13,564 bases of DNA from Gemmatimonadota bacterium (GCA_040389905.1 JAZJZK010000056.1:1-13564); one strand, 5' to 3'; positions 1 to 7,613 are shown, numbered from the stretch's first letter. Program-made: numbers and translations. The notes: generated by a model from the letters alone, not told the origin.

Positions 1-39
1 AAGGTTCCATGCACTTTCCTCCCTCCACCCCGTAGTCGC

Positions 40-1728
40 ATGTCCAACCTGAAGTGGCGCCTTACCATCATTGGCGTCCTTGTCCTTCTTTCTATCTGGT
101 CGCTTTTTCCGCGTGACGTGAAGCAGCGTTCGCGGCGGCCCGACGGGACCTTCTACGACACCGTCACGCGCAAGGTGCCTCTGCGCAAAGGACTCGACCT
201 TTCGGGTGGCATGCACCTCGCCCTCGAGGTGGATGAATCCAAGGGCGTGGTGGCCGACAAGAGCGAAGCGATCGATCGCGCGCTCAAAGTCGTTCGCACG
301 CGCATCGACGGTCTTGGCGTCTCCGAGACGGTCATCCAGAAGGCGGGTAACGATCGCATCATCGTCGAGATTCCGGGCATCGACGATCGCGAACGCGCGG
401 TGAAGATGGCGCAGGACCAGGCGGTTCTGACGTTTCAGATAACTGACAAGACTCAGGCGTTCGAGAAGGTTCTCCCACGCCTCGACGGCATCGCCAAGTC
501 GATGAACTTCGGGACGACAGGTGCGAAGGGCGTAGCGGCGGCGCCGAATGCATCCCTCAGCGGGTTGCTCACGGCGGGCGGCGACACGGCGAAGAAGGTG
601 GCGTTGGGGGCCGCGGGCGACACGGCGAAGAAGGACAGCGCGGGTAAGGATTCTGCGTCGCTGCCCGGCGCTACCGGCGGCGTGATCTCGAAGATGATTC
701 TCGCGGGGCAGTTTCCCGGCGAGTTCCTGTATGAGCTCTCGAACCAGGACGCGCTCAAGACCTTCTTCGCGCAAAAGGAAGTCGAGGCCGCGTTGCCGCC
801 CGGTAAGGTCGTGCGCTTCGGCAGTGACTCCACGGTCATCCAGAACAAGACGTATCGTTTCCTGTATCTCCTCGATGAGCGGCCGATCATCACCGGCGAG
901 TTTCTCACCGATGCGAAGCCCAATTCGTCGGCGCTCGAGGGAACTGTCGTGGAGTTCACGCTCAGCAATGAGGGCGGCCGCAAGTTCGGTCGCGAAACGG
1001 CCAAGCATGTGAAGGACTACATGGCGATCGTGCTCGACAACATCGTCATGGGGCGCCCGCCGATCATCAACAGCGCCATCCAGACTCGCGGGCAGATCAC
1101 GATGGGTCAGGGCAGGGACCTTCAGGCCGCGCAGGATCTCTCGCTGGTGCTGAAGGCCGGCGCGCTTCCGGTTCCGCTCAAGGTGGCTGAGGTTCGCAAC
1201 ATTGGTCCGAGTCTCGGTCAGGACTCCATCGACAAGGCATTCAAGGCGGGTGCGATCGCGATCATTCTGGTCGTCAGCATCATGCTGTTCTACTACAGAT
1301 TTTCTGGCATGCTCGCGGTGGGTGGATTGTGCCTCTACGTGCTGTACACGATGGCCACACTCGCGGGATTCGACGCCGTGCTCACTGTGCCCGGCCTCGC
1401 AGGATTCGTGTTGTCCATCGGTATCGCGGTCGACGCCAACGTGCTGATCTTCGAGCGCATTCGGGAAGAACTCGATCGGGGCAAGACGGTGCGCACCGCG
1501 ATCGACGAAGGATTCCGTCACGCCATGAGCGCCATTATCGACTCGAACGTCTCGACGATGCTGACGGCTGCGGTCCTCTATCAGTACGGTACTGGCCCCG
1601 TCAAAGGCTTCGCCGTCACCCTCATCGCCGGCATCGTGGCCTCGATGGTCACGTCCATTTTCGTCGTGCGCACTTTCTATCTCCTGTGGCTGAACCGCTC
1701 GCGCGGCGCCCAGACGCTGAGCATCTAA
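40..1728 (+). CDS. secD: Protein translocase subunit SecD
   Basis: 562 aa ORF with an N-terminal TM helix, GLDLSGG motif, large periplasmic P1 domain, [26 protein letters not shown] and five C-terminal TM helices; followed directly by secF. Confidence 0.98.
   Translation: MSNLKWRLTIIGVLVLLSIWSLFPRDVKQRSRRPDGTFYDTVTRKVPLRKGLDLSGGMHLALEVDESKGVVADKSEAIDRALKVVRTRIDGLGVSETVIQKAGNDRIIVEIPGIDDRERAVKMAQDQAVLTFQITDKTQAFEKVLPRLDGIAKSMNFGTTGAKGVAAAPNASLSGLLTAGGDTAKKVALGAAGDTAKKDSAGKDSASLPGATGGVISKMILAGQFPGEFLYELSNQDALKTFFAQKEVEAALPPGKVVRFGSDSTVIQNKTYRFLYLLDERPIITGEFLTDAKPNSSALEGTVVEFTLSNEGGRKFGRETAKHVKDYMAIVLDNIVMGRPPIINSAIQTRGQITMGQGRDLQAAQDLSLVLKAGALPVPLKVAEVRNIGPSLGQDSIDKAFKAGAIAIILVVSIMLFYYRFSGMLAVGGLCLYVLYTMATLAGFDAVLTVPGLAGFVLSIGIAVDANVLIFERIREELDRGKTVRTAIDEGFRHAMSAIIDSNVSTMLTAAVLYQYGTGPVKGFAVTLIAGIVASMVTSIFVVRTFYLLWLNRSRGAQTLSI
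580..634 (+). repeat. 19-bp intragenic direct repeat in a low-complexity SecD insert
   Basis: GGCGACACGGCGAAGAAGG occurs at 580-598 and 616-634 (36-nt period) and encodes GDTAKK twice. Confidence 0.85.
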
Positions 1729-1737
1729 GGGCTTATC

Positions 1738-2727
1738 ATGCTGCGCATTCTTCACGGAACGAAGTACGATTTCATCAGGCCTTGGCGCATCGCGGTTGGT
1801 ATTACCGCGGCGTTCATCGCCGCTGGGCTGATCTTTCTCGCGGTCCACGGCTTGAACAAGAGCATCGAGTTCACTGGCGGAACGCTGATGCAGATCGATT
1901 TCAAGACGCCTCCTGACGCCGGCGACATCCGCGCCACGGTCGACGCCGCAGGATACCCGGGTTCGGAAATCCAGCCGTTCGGATCCAACCACGAGTTCAC
2001 CATTCGCGCTGCGGGTCACGACGCGACGAAGGGTGTCGAGCAGGTGGCAAAGGACATCGAGGGCGCCCTGCACGCGAAATACGGTGCGACGGAGCCGAAG
2101 ATCGGGCGCACAGAGGCGATTGGTGCGCGCGTCGGAGATGAGCTGAGCCGGAACGCGGTCATCGCGATCGTCATCTCGCTCTTTGTCACCCTGCTGTATC
2201 TCGCCTTCCGCTTCGAGTGGCGCTTCGGCGTCGCGGCCGTTCTGGCCACTGGACACGACCTCTTCAGCACGCTCGCATTCCTTGCGATCATGCGGCTCGA
2301 GGTATCGCTCACGGTTGTCGCCGCGCTCCTGACCGTGATCGGCTATTCGCTCAATGACACGATCATCATCTTCGATCGCGTGCGCGAGAATCTGAAGAAG
2401 GCGCGCCCGGAACCACTCTACGACGTGCTCAATCGTTCCATCAATGAAACGCTGCCGCGCTCCATCCTCACGCACGTGACGGTGGCGGCCGCAACGCTGT
2501 CGCTACTCCTGTTCGCCGGCGAGGTCATCCGGCCGTTCTCGTGGATCATGCTGTTCGGTATCGTCACCGGTACATTCAGCTCGATCTACATTGCCGGTCC
2601 CGTGTTGCTCTGGATCGAACGCAGATGGCCGCGTCAGCGAAACGACAAGCAGTCCTCTCGCCCGGCAGCGCCCGTTGCTCCGCGTCCAGCCGCCAAGCCC
2701 CCAGTGGCGGCTCGCACCACGCGCTGA
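1738..2727 (+). CDS. secF: Protein translocase subunit SecF
   Basis: 329 aa ORF with SIEFTGG, YLAFRFEWRF and GYSLNDTIIIFDRVRE motifs; 9 nt downstream of secD; Pro/Ala-rich C-terminal tail. Confidence 0.98.
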   Translation: MLRILHGTKYDFIRPWRIAVGITAAFIAAGLIFLAVHGLNKSIEFTGGTLMQIDFKTPPDAGDIRATVDAAGYPGSEIQPFGSNHEFTIRAAGHDATKGVEQVAKDIEGALHAKYGATEPKIGRTEAIGARVGDELSRNAVIAIVISLFVTLLYLAFRFEWRFGVAAVLATGHDLFSTLAFLAIMRLEVSLTVVAALLTVIGYSLNDTIIIFDRVRENLKKARPEPLYDVLNRSINETLPRSILTHVTVAAATLSLLLFAGEVIRPFSWIMLFGIVTGTFSSIYIAGPVLLWIERRWPRQRNDKQSSRPAAPVAPRPAAKPPVAARTTR

Positions 2728-2746
2728 CGAGAATGATTTCGAGAAT

Positions 2747-2784
2747 CGCGAACCGCCGCCGCCCCGTGCGGCGGTTCGTGTTTC
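2747..2784 (+). terminator. GC-rich hairpin after secF, possible intrinsic terminator or stabilising stem
   Basis: CGCGAACCGCCGC (2747-2759) pairs with GCGGCGGTTCGTG (2768-2780): 13 bp with one G-U and an 8-nt loop, followed by only TTTC (weak U-tract). Confidence 0.6.
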
Positions 2785-2794
2785 AAGTGGCCAC

Positions 2795-3568
2795 ATGACG
2801 ACTTTCATCGATAGCCACGCGCACCTCGCGGATCCTGCGTTCGATGACGATCGGGAAAGCGTCATCGCGCGCGCGCGCCAGACAGGCGCGTCTGCGATCG
2901 TTTGCGTGGGAGAGTCGATAGCCGCGGCGCAACGCGCCCATCGCATCGCCACTGACCATCCGCGATTCTGTTATTTCTCCGCCGGTGTGCATCCGCACGA
3001 CGCGGCGGACTTCGACGCCGAGCGGGACCTAGCGGCGATTCGCGAGCTCGTGAACCTGGGCGCGGTTGCGATCGGCGAGTGTGGCCTCGATTCACATTAC
3101 GATCACTCACCGCGTGACGCACAGCGCCGCGCGTTTGGCGCGCAACTCCAACTGGCGAAGGAGCTGAGCCGCCCCGTGATCGTACATACGCGCGAGGCCG
3201 AGGACGACACGCGAGCGATGGTCACTGAGGCCGCGTCATCCGGCGTTCTTGGCGTACTTCACTGTTACACGGGTAGCGTGGCCCTCGCCGAGAGTGCCCT
3301 CGATGGCGGATGGTACGTCTCGTTCAGTGGCATCGTCACCTTCAAGAAGTGGACGGATGATGCGCTTTTGCGGCTGGTTCCCGACGACCGGCTGCTCGTG
3401 GAGTCGGACTCGCCGTACCTCGCTCCCGTTCCGCACCGTGGCAAGCGAAACGAGCCCGCGTGGGTCAGCTTCACCGTCGCCCGACTCGCCGCGGTGCGGG
3501 GCACCGACGCTGTGGCACTCGGTGCGATCACGGCGACCAATGCGCGCACCCTTTTCGGGCTGGCGTAG
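2795..3568 (+). CDS. tatD: TatD family hydrolase/nuclease
   Basis: Motifs DSHAH, GVHPH, AIGECGLD, VIVHTRE, VLHCYTG and LLVESDSPYLAP. Start moved to ATG 2795 because the upstream part of the listed ORF overlaps secF. Confidence 0.95.
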   Translation: MTTFIDSHAHLADPAFDDDRESVIARARQTGASAIVCVGESIAAAQRAHRIATDHPRFCYFSAGVHPHDAADFDAERDLAAIRELVNLGAVAIGECGLDSHYDHSPRDAQRRAFGAQLQLAKELSRPVIVHTREAEDDTRAMVTEAASSGVLGVLHCYTGSVALAESALDGGWYVSFSGIVTFKKWTDDALLRLVPDDRLLVESDSPYLAPVPHRGKRNEPAWVSFTVARLAAVRGTDAVALGAITATNARTLFGLA

Positions 3569-3588
3569 CATCGCACCCTCGCTAGAAT
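3560..3588 (+). promoter_or_regulatory. Candidate sigma70 promoter for ridA-selD-selC
   Basis: -10-like TAGAAT at 3583-3588; weak -35 CTGGCG at 3560-3565 with a 17-nt spacer. Confidence 0.35.
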
Positions 3589-3629
3589 CCGTTCGGCAAG
3601 CACCGATCACGCCCTTGACGGAGACGACG

Positions 3630-4022
3630 TTGCCACTCGAGACCGTACATACCGATCACGCCCCCGCCGCAATCGGCCCCTACTCCCAGGGAGTCGTTGC
3701 CAATGGGTTCCTGTTTACCGCAGGCCAGATCCCACTCGATCCCGCGACCGGGCAAGTCGTCGTCGGAGATGTGACGGCGCAGACCCAGCAGGTCTTCCGG
3801 AATCTCTCCGCCGTCCTTGCGACGGTGAATGCCAGTTGGACGGACGTCGTGAAGGCGACGGTATTCCTCATGGACATGAAGGATTTTCCGCATGTGAACG
3901 AGGTGTACGCGCAGGTCATGGGCGATGCGCGTCCGGCGCGATCGACGGTGCAGGTGGCCGGGCTCCCGCGTGGCGTCATGGTGGAAATCGACCTCGTCGT
4001 CGCACTTCCCAACCATGGCTGA
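3630..4022 (+). CDS. ridA: RidA/YjgF/UK114 family reactive-intermediate (imine) deaminase
   Basis: Motifs APAAIGPYSQ, LFTAGQIPLDP, DVVKATVFL, PARSTVQVAGLP and VEID. TTG start at 3630 is preceded by GGAG (3620-3623). Confidence 0.93.
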   Translation: MPLETVHTDHAPAAIGPYSQGVVANGFLFTAGQIPLDPATGQVVVGDVTAQTQQVFRNLSAVLATVNASWTDVVKATVFLMDMKDFPHVNEVYAQVMGDARPARSTVQVAGLPRGVMVEIDLVVALPNHG

Positions 4023-4049
4023 TCGCTAGCACCGGCGATACTCGGCGAG

Positions 4050-5093
4050 ATGACTGCCACAACCGTTCCGGGCGACGCCATCAGGCTCACGAGCCTGGCG
4101 CGTTGCGCAGGCTGCGCCGCCAAGCTGGGTGCTGCCGATCTCAAGCTGGCTCTCAGCGGCCTGCCGTCGCATGCGGATCCGCGCCTCCTGGTGGGGCGCG
4201 AGAGCTTCGACGATGCCGGCGTCTTCCTTGTGCGCGACGATCTCGCACTCGTGCAGACGGTCGATTTCTTCGCGCCGATCGTGGACGATCCGTACGAGTT
4301 CGGCCAGATCGCAGCGGCAAACGCGTTGTCCGATGTATTCGCAATGGGAGGAGAGCCACTCACGGCACTCGCGATCGTGGGCTTCCCGGCAGGCACGCTG
4401 CCCATGAGCGTGTTGACCGACATCCTGCGAGGAGGGCAGGACAAGGTGCGCGAGGCGGGCGCCCTCCTCGTCGGCGGGCACTCGATCATCGACGAGGAGT
4501 TGAAGTTCGGTCTGAGCGTCACCGGTCAGGCTAATCCTCGGCGCCTGCTCACGAACGCGGCGGCACGCCCCGGTGACGTGATAATTCTCACCAAGCCGCT
4601 TGGGACGGGGCTCCTCGCGACGGCAGGCAAGCAGGATCGTCTCGAGCCATCCGCTCGAGCGGCACTCCATGCGTCCATGTGTGCCCTGAATGCCAATGCG
4701 AGCCGAGTCGCACTGGCGCTGGATGTACAATGCGCGACTGACGTGACGGGGTTCGGCCTGCTGGGGCATGCGTCGCACATCGCGCGGGCCAGCGACGTTA
4801 CGATTCGGCTGAGCGGCTCCGAGCTTCCCGAGCTTCCAGGGGCGCGGGCGCTGTGGCACGCCGGCGTCCGTACAGGGGGCGCTGAGCGAAACGAAGCGTT
4901 CGTTGCGCCGCTGACTCACTTTGCATCGCCACGCCCGGCAGACCGGGCTCTCGCGCTCGATCCGCAGACCTCCGGCGGCTTGTTGTTGGCCGTGCACCCC
5001 TCTCAGGCCGCGGAGTATCTTTCGCGTGTTGAAGGAAGCGTTGTCGTCGGCGTTGTGGAACCGCGAGGGAACGCGTTCGTCATTTTGGGGTGA
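4050..5093 (+). CDS. selD: Selenide, water dikinase (selenophosphate synthetase), cysteine form
   Basis: IRLTSLARCAGCAAK N-terminus, DDAGV, QTVDFFAP, AAANALSDVFAMGG, LVGGHSI, LTKPLGTG, TDVTGFGLLGH and DPQTSGGLL motifs; adjacent to tRNA-Sec. Confidence 0.97.
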   Translation: MTATTVPGDAIRLTSLARCAGCAAKLGAADLKLALSGLPSHADPRLLVGRESFDDAGVFLVRDDLALVQTVDFFAPIVDDPYEFGQIAAANALSDVFAMGGEPLTALAIVGFPAGTLPMSVLTDILRGGQDKVREAGALLVGGHSIIDEELKFGLSVTGQANPRRLLTNAAARPGDVIILTKPLGTGLLATAGKQDRLEPSARAALHASMCALNANASRVALALDVQCATDVTGFGLLGHASHIARASDVTIRLSGSELPELPGARALWHAGVRTGGAERNEAFVAPLTHFASPRPADRALALDPQTSGGLLLAVHPSQAAEYLSRVEGSVVVGVVEPRGNAFVILG

Positions 5094-5099
5094 TCGTTT

Positions 5100-5194
5100 G
5101 GGAGTGGTTGGGGCCTGGTGGCTTTCGTCGTCTTCAAAACGATTGCGAGGCGCATAGCGTCTCGGGTGGGTTCGATTCCCATGCACTCCCGCCA
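5100..5194 (+). tRNA. selC: tRNA-Sec (anticodon UCA)
   Basis: Folded by hand: acceptor GGGAGTG/CACTCCC; 6-bp D-stem GGGGCC/GGCTTT with 4-nt loop TGGT; anticodon loop CT-TCA-AA (TCA at 5134-5136); 8-bp variable arm CGAGGCGC/GCGTCTCG; T-arm GTGGG-TTCGATT-CCCAT; G73 discriminator and encoded CCA. Confidence 0.95.
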
Positions 5195-5223
5195 TCACGC
5201 CGTCGTACAGAGAGAGTGATCCA

Positions 5224-5820
5224 TTGAAGCTCGCCATTTTTTGCCAGACGCCTTCTTCTCGCGCGCTGATGCTTGTGATCATCGCGAGCGTGATTTCAAC
5301 GGCAGGCGCGCAGGCACAACGCGTGGAAGGTGCTCGCGTCACTCCACCGACACCGACACCGACGAAAGGTGTTGATACCGCGAGCACGACCGTCGTGCCT
5401 CCGTTGTCTCCGGGGCGAGCGTTCCTGTATTCCTTTCTCGCCCCTGGATTCGCGCAGACCAAGCTCCGCCGGCCAACAGCGGGCGCAATCTTCGTTTTCA
5501 CGGAATCGATCGCCATCGCCATGTTGCGCGAGTCTGCCGCGGACCTTCGGGAGGCGAGAAAATTCCGCACCGACTCGCTGGTCAACATCGGCAACGATCC
5601 GGTCACCGGCACCGCGGTGATGCAGCGGTCGTCCTATAACGACGAACTGATCAGCATCCGTCGTGGTCACGTGGAGGATTGGATCGCATTTCTCGTCGCG
5701 AATCACCTCTTCGCTGGTGCGGATGCGTACGTCGCGGCTCATCTGTGGGACCTCGAGTCGCAAATCAACGTCGCGCAGACACCGACCGGAACACGCATCG
5801 CTGCGCGGATTCGATGGTGA
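5224..5820 (+). CDS. Exported/membrane hypothetical protein, DUF5683-like
   Basis: Signal-like N-terminus (..ISTAGAQA), Pro/Thr linker, SPGRAFLYSFLAPGFAQ motif, and a C-terminal GADAYVAAHL..D segment followed by a beta-like tail ending in W. Start is TTG 5224 or ATG 5269. The stop overlaps the murI start. Family assignment is from motif memory only. Confidence 0.7.
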   Translation: MKLAIFCQTPSSRALMLVIIASVISTAGAQAQRVEGARVTPPTPTPTKGVDTASTTVVPPLSPGRAFLYSFLAPGFAQTKLRRPTAGAIFVFTESIAIAMLRESAADLREARKFRTDSLVNIGNDPVTGTAVMQRSSYNDELISIRRGHVEDWIAFLVANHLFAGADAYVAAHLWDLESQINVAQTPTGTRIAARIRW

Positions 5821-6629
5821 CCGCGAACGGCGATCGCGACGCACCCATCGGGGTCTTTGATTCCGGGCTTGGGGGCTTGACGGTCGCGCATGCGATCATG
5901 CGTCACCTGCCCGGCGAGAGTCTCGTGTATTTCGGAGACACGGCGCGCGTGCCGTATGGGCCGAAGTCTCCGGATACCGTCCGCCGGTACAGCAGCGAAA
6001 TCGCGGCGTTTCTGCTCGAACAGGGCGTCAAGGCGATCGTCGTGGCGTGCAATACCGCGACCGCCCACGCGCTGCCGACGCTCGTGCAGGACCTCAACGT
6101 TCCCGTGATCGGAGTGGTCGCGCCGGGAGCGCGCGCCGCAGTGAAGGGCACACGGAACGGGCACATCGGCGTGATCGGTACCGCGGGCACCATTCGTTCT
6201 GGCGCGTACACCCGCGCGATTCACGCGGAGTCGCCCGACGCGAAGGTCACGGCACTCGCGTGCCCACTGTTCGTGCCGTTGGTCGAAGAGGGGTGGACGA
6301 ACCACGACGCCACGTGGTCGATCGCCGAGGAGTATCTCCAGCCGCTCCTTCAGGACGACGTGGACACACTCGTGCTCGGGTGCACGCACTACCCGATTCT
6401 CAAGCGCGTGATCGGTGACATCGTCGGCCGCGGCGTTCGGCTCATCGACAGCGCGGAGGAGACGGCGGCAGATACCAGGCGCATGCTCGCCGAATACGGC
6501 TTGGCGTCTTCGCGAGAACGGGGCAGCTATCGCTTCATCGCGTCTGACGACCCGCAGCAATTCCTAGCGCTCGGACAGCGCTTCTTCGGGGATGCGATCG
6601 AGCACGTCGAGGTGAAGACGTTCGGGTAG
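5814..6629 (+). CDS. murI: Glutamate racemase
   Basis: Motifs IGVFDSGLGGLTV, YFGDTARVPYG, VVACNTATA and LVLGCTHYP, including both catalytic Cys. Start is ATG 5814 or GTG 5817 (GTGA overlap). Confidence 0.97.
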   Translation: MVTANGDRDAPIGVFDSGLGGLTVAHAIMRHLPGESLVYFGDTARVPYGPKSPDTVRRYSSEIAAFLLEQGVKAIVVACNTATAHALPTLVQDLNVPVIGVVAPGARAAVKGTRNGHIGVIGTAGTIRSGAYTRAIHAESPDAKVTALACPLFVPLVEEGWTNHDATWSIAEEYLQPLLQDDVDTLVLGCTHYPILKRVIGDIVGRGVRLIDSAEETAADTRRMLAEYGLASSRERGSYRFIASDDPQQFLALGQRFFGDAIEHVEVKTFG

Positions 6630-6687
6630 GCGCCGAGATTATTCAGGCATCGCAACGGCGGAACACAGACAGCGGAACAGCAACTGA

Positions 6688-6790
6688 CAAGGAACGGATT
6701 TGACGGATTCATCGGATAAATGCCGGATCAACCAACCTTTCGAAGCTCGAATCCGTTCAAATCCGTCGCATCCGTACAATCCGCTCCTTG
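6688..6790. repeat. Imperfect ~103-bp palindrome built from tandem CGGAT/ATCCG units (REP/MITE-like)
   Basis: CGGAT at 6695, 6704, 6713, 6724; ATCCG at 6751, 6761, 6770, 6779; ends CAAGGA...TCCTTG. Lies between the convergent murI and lpxH-like stop codons. Confidence 0.85.
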
Positions 6791-6795
6791 AGTCC

Positions 6796-7578
6796 TTACA
6801 CAGCAGCAGGGGTCGGCGAAATGTGGTCGAGAGTACGCACTTCAGCTCCAGGACCGGTACCTTCCCAAATCCGCAATGAAACCCGCTCCGGCGTTACCGC
6901 CAGGAAGGTCGGCGCATCCAACCAGCTCCCGGCATTCGCGAAGACATTGCCGCTTGGCATGCGTTCCAATGCCGCGACGTGTGAGTGCCCGTAGATGAGC
7001 AGTTCGGTCGCTGGTTCGGCCGCCAGCGCCTTTTCGGCAACGTTCCGCAGCCCGATGCCCTCGTCCCGCGCCTGATACGTTCTGCTCGCGTGCGAGCTTC
7101 CCATCGCCAGGCGCGACGCTAGATCTGGGTGCACCATCCGGAATGCGCGGATGGCGAGCGGGTTGCGGAGCACGAAGCGCTTGAGGAGACGATAGCCTCG
7201 ATCCTCTTCCGCGCGAAGCCCATCGCCGTGCTCGACCCTCGCGTTCCAGCCGCCCAGCGATCCGGTCCACGGTCCCGAGTGGAAGTCCACGCCGACGTCG
7301 CGAAGGACTGCGCCGCCCCATGAATCATGGTTGCCGCCCACCATCGTGACGGGAAACCCGGCGTCGCGAAGATCGAGGAGGGCGGAGAGCACCCGGACGG
7401 AATATCTCGGAACGACCGTGCGCCACTCGAACCAGAATTCGAAGAGATCGCCGTTGATCATCAACGACCCAGCGCTGCCGGGAAGCGCACGGAGAAAGGC
7501 CTGGAGTGATCGCTCGATGGCCTCGGACGCGTGGCCCAGGTGCACGTCGGAGATTACATAGCAAGGCGAAGGGAGCAC
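6796..7578 (-). CDS. lpxH: UDP-2,3-diacylglucosamine diphosphatase-like (LpxH family) calcineurin-like metallophosphoesterase
   Basis: Motifs ISDVHLG, NGDLFEFWFE, GGNHD, EHGD, YGHSH and NAGSW; GTG start; near other LPS genes. Exact substrate is inferred. Confidence 0.82.
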   Translation of the reverse strand: MLPSPCYVISDVHLGHASEAIERSLQAFLRALPGSAGSLMINGDLFEFWFEWRTVVPRYSVRVLSALLDLRDAGFPVTMVGGNHDSWGGAVLRDVGVDFHSGPWTGSLGGWNARVEHGDGLRAEEDRGYRLLKRFVLRNPLAIRAFRMVHPDLASRLAMGSSHASRTYQARDEGIGLRNVAEKALAAEPATELLIYGHSHVAALERMPSGNVFANAGSWLDAPTFLAVTPERVSLRIWEGTGPGAEVRTLDHISPTPAAV

Positions 7579-7584
7579 GGACGC

Positions 7585-7613
7585 ATTCTACATGGCGCAC
7601 GCAGCCTTTACAA
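7585..7613 (-). promoter_or_regulatory. Sigma70-type promoter for the lpxH-like gene (predicts leaderless mRNA)
   Basis: Minus strand reads TTGTAA (7613-7608), 17 nt, TAGAAT (7590-7585), then 6 nt before the GTG at 7578; no Shine-Dalgarno sequence. Confidence 0.65.

Noticed and set aside
2591..2794. N-terminal extensions in the ORF track (tatD from 2591; likewise ridA 3249, murI 5679, thioesterase 7506, lptE 10593, rph 11885)
   Set aside because: They overlap upstream genes and precede the family's normal N-terminus, so downstream starts were chosen.
3602..3663. 13-bp direct repeat ACCGATCACGCCC (3602-3614 and 3651-3663) around the ridA start
   Set aside because: Only two short copies, one within coding sequence, with no associated element; chance or a small old duplication cannot be distinguished.
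5091..5093. selD TGA as a Sec codon
   Set aside because: It follows the complete SelD fold, and readthrough would translate the tRNA gene.
5170..5230. Genomic island integrated at selC
   Set aside because: No integrase, no duplicated tRNA 3' end and no compositional shift; downstream genes are housekeeping.
4026..5612. 528-aa minus-strand ORF
   Set aside because: Antisense to selD, tRNA-Sec and the 5224 gene, with no recognisable motifs; long shadow ORFs are expected at this GC content.
6688..6790. CRISPR array interpretation of the CGGAT repeats
   Set aside because: Units are 5 nt with 4-6 nt linkers and are inverted between the two arms; there are no spacer-length sequences and no cas genes.
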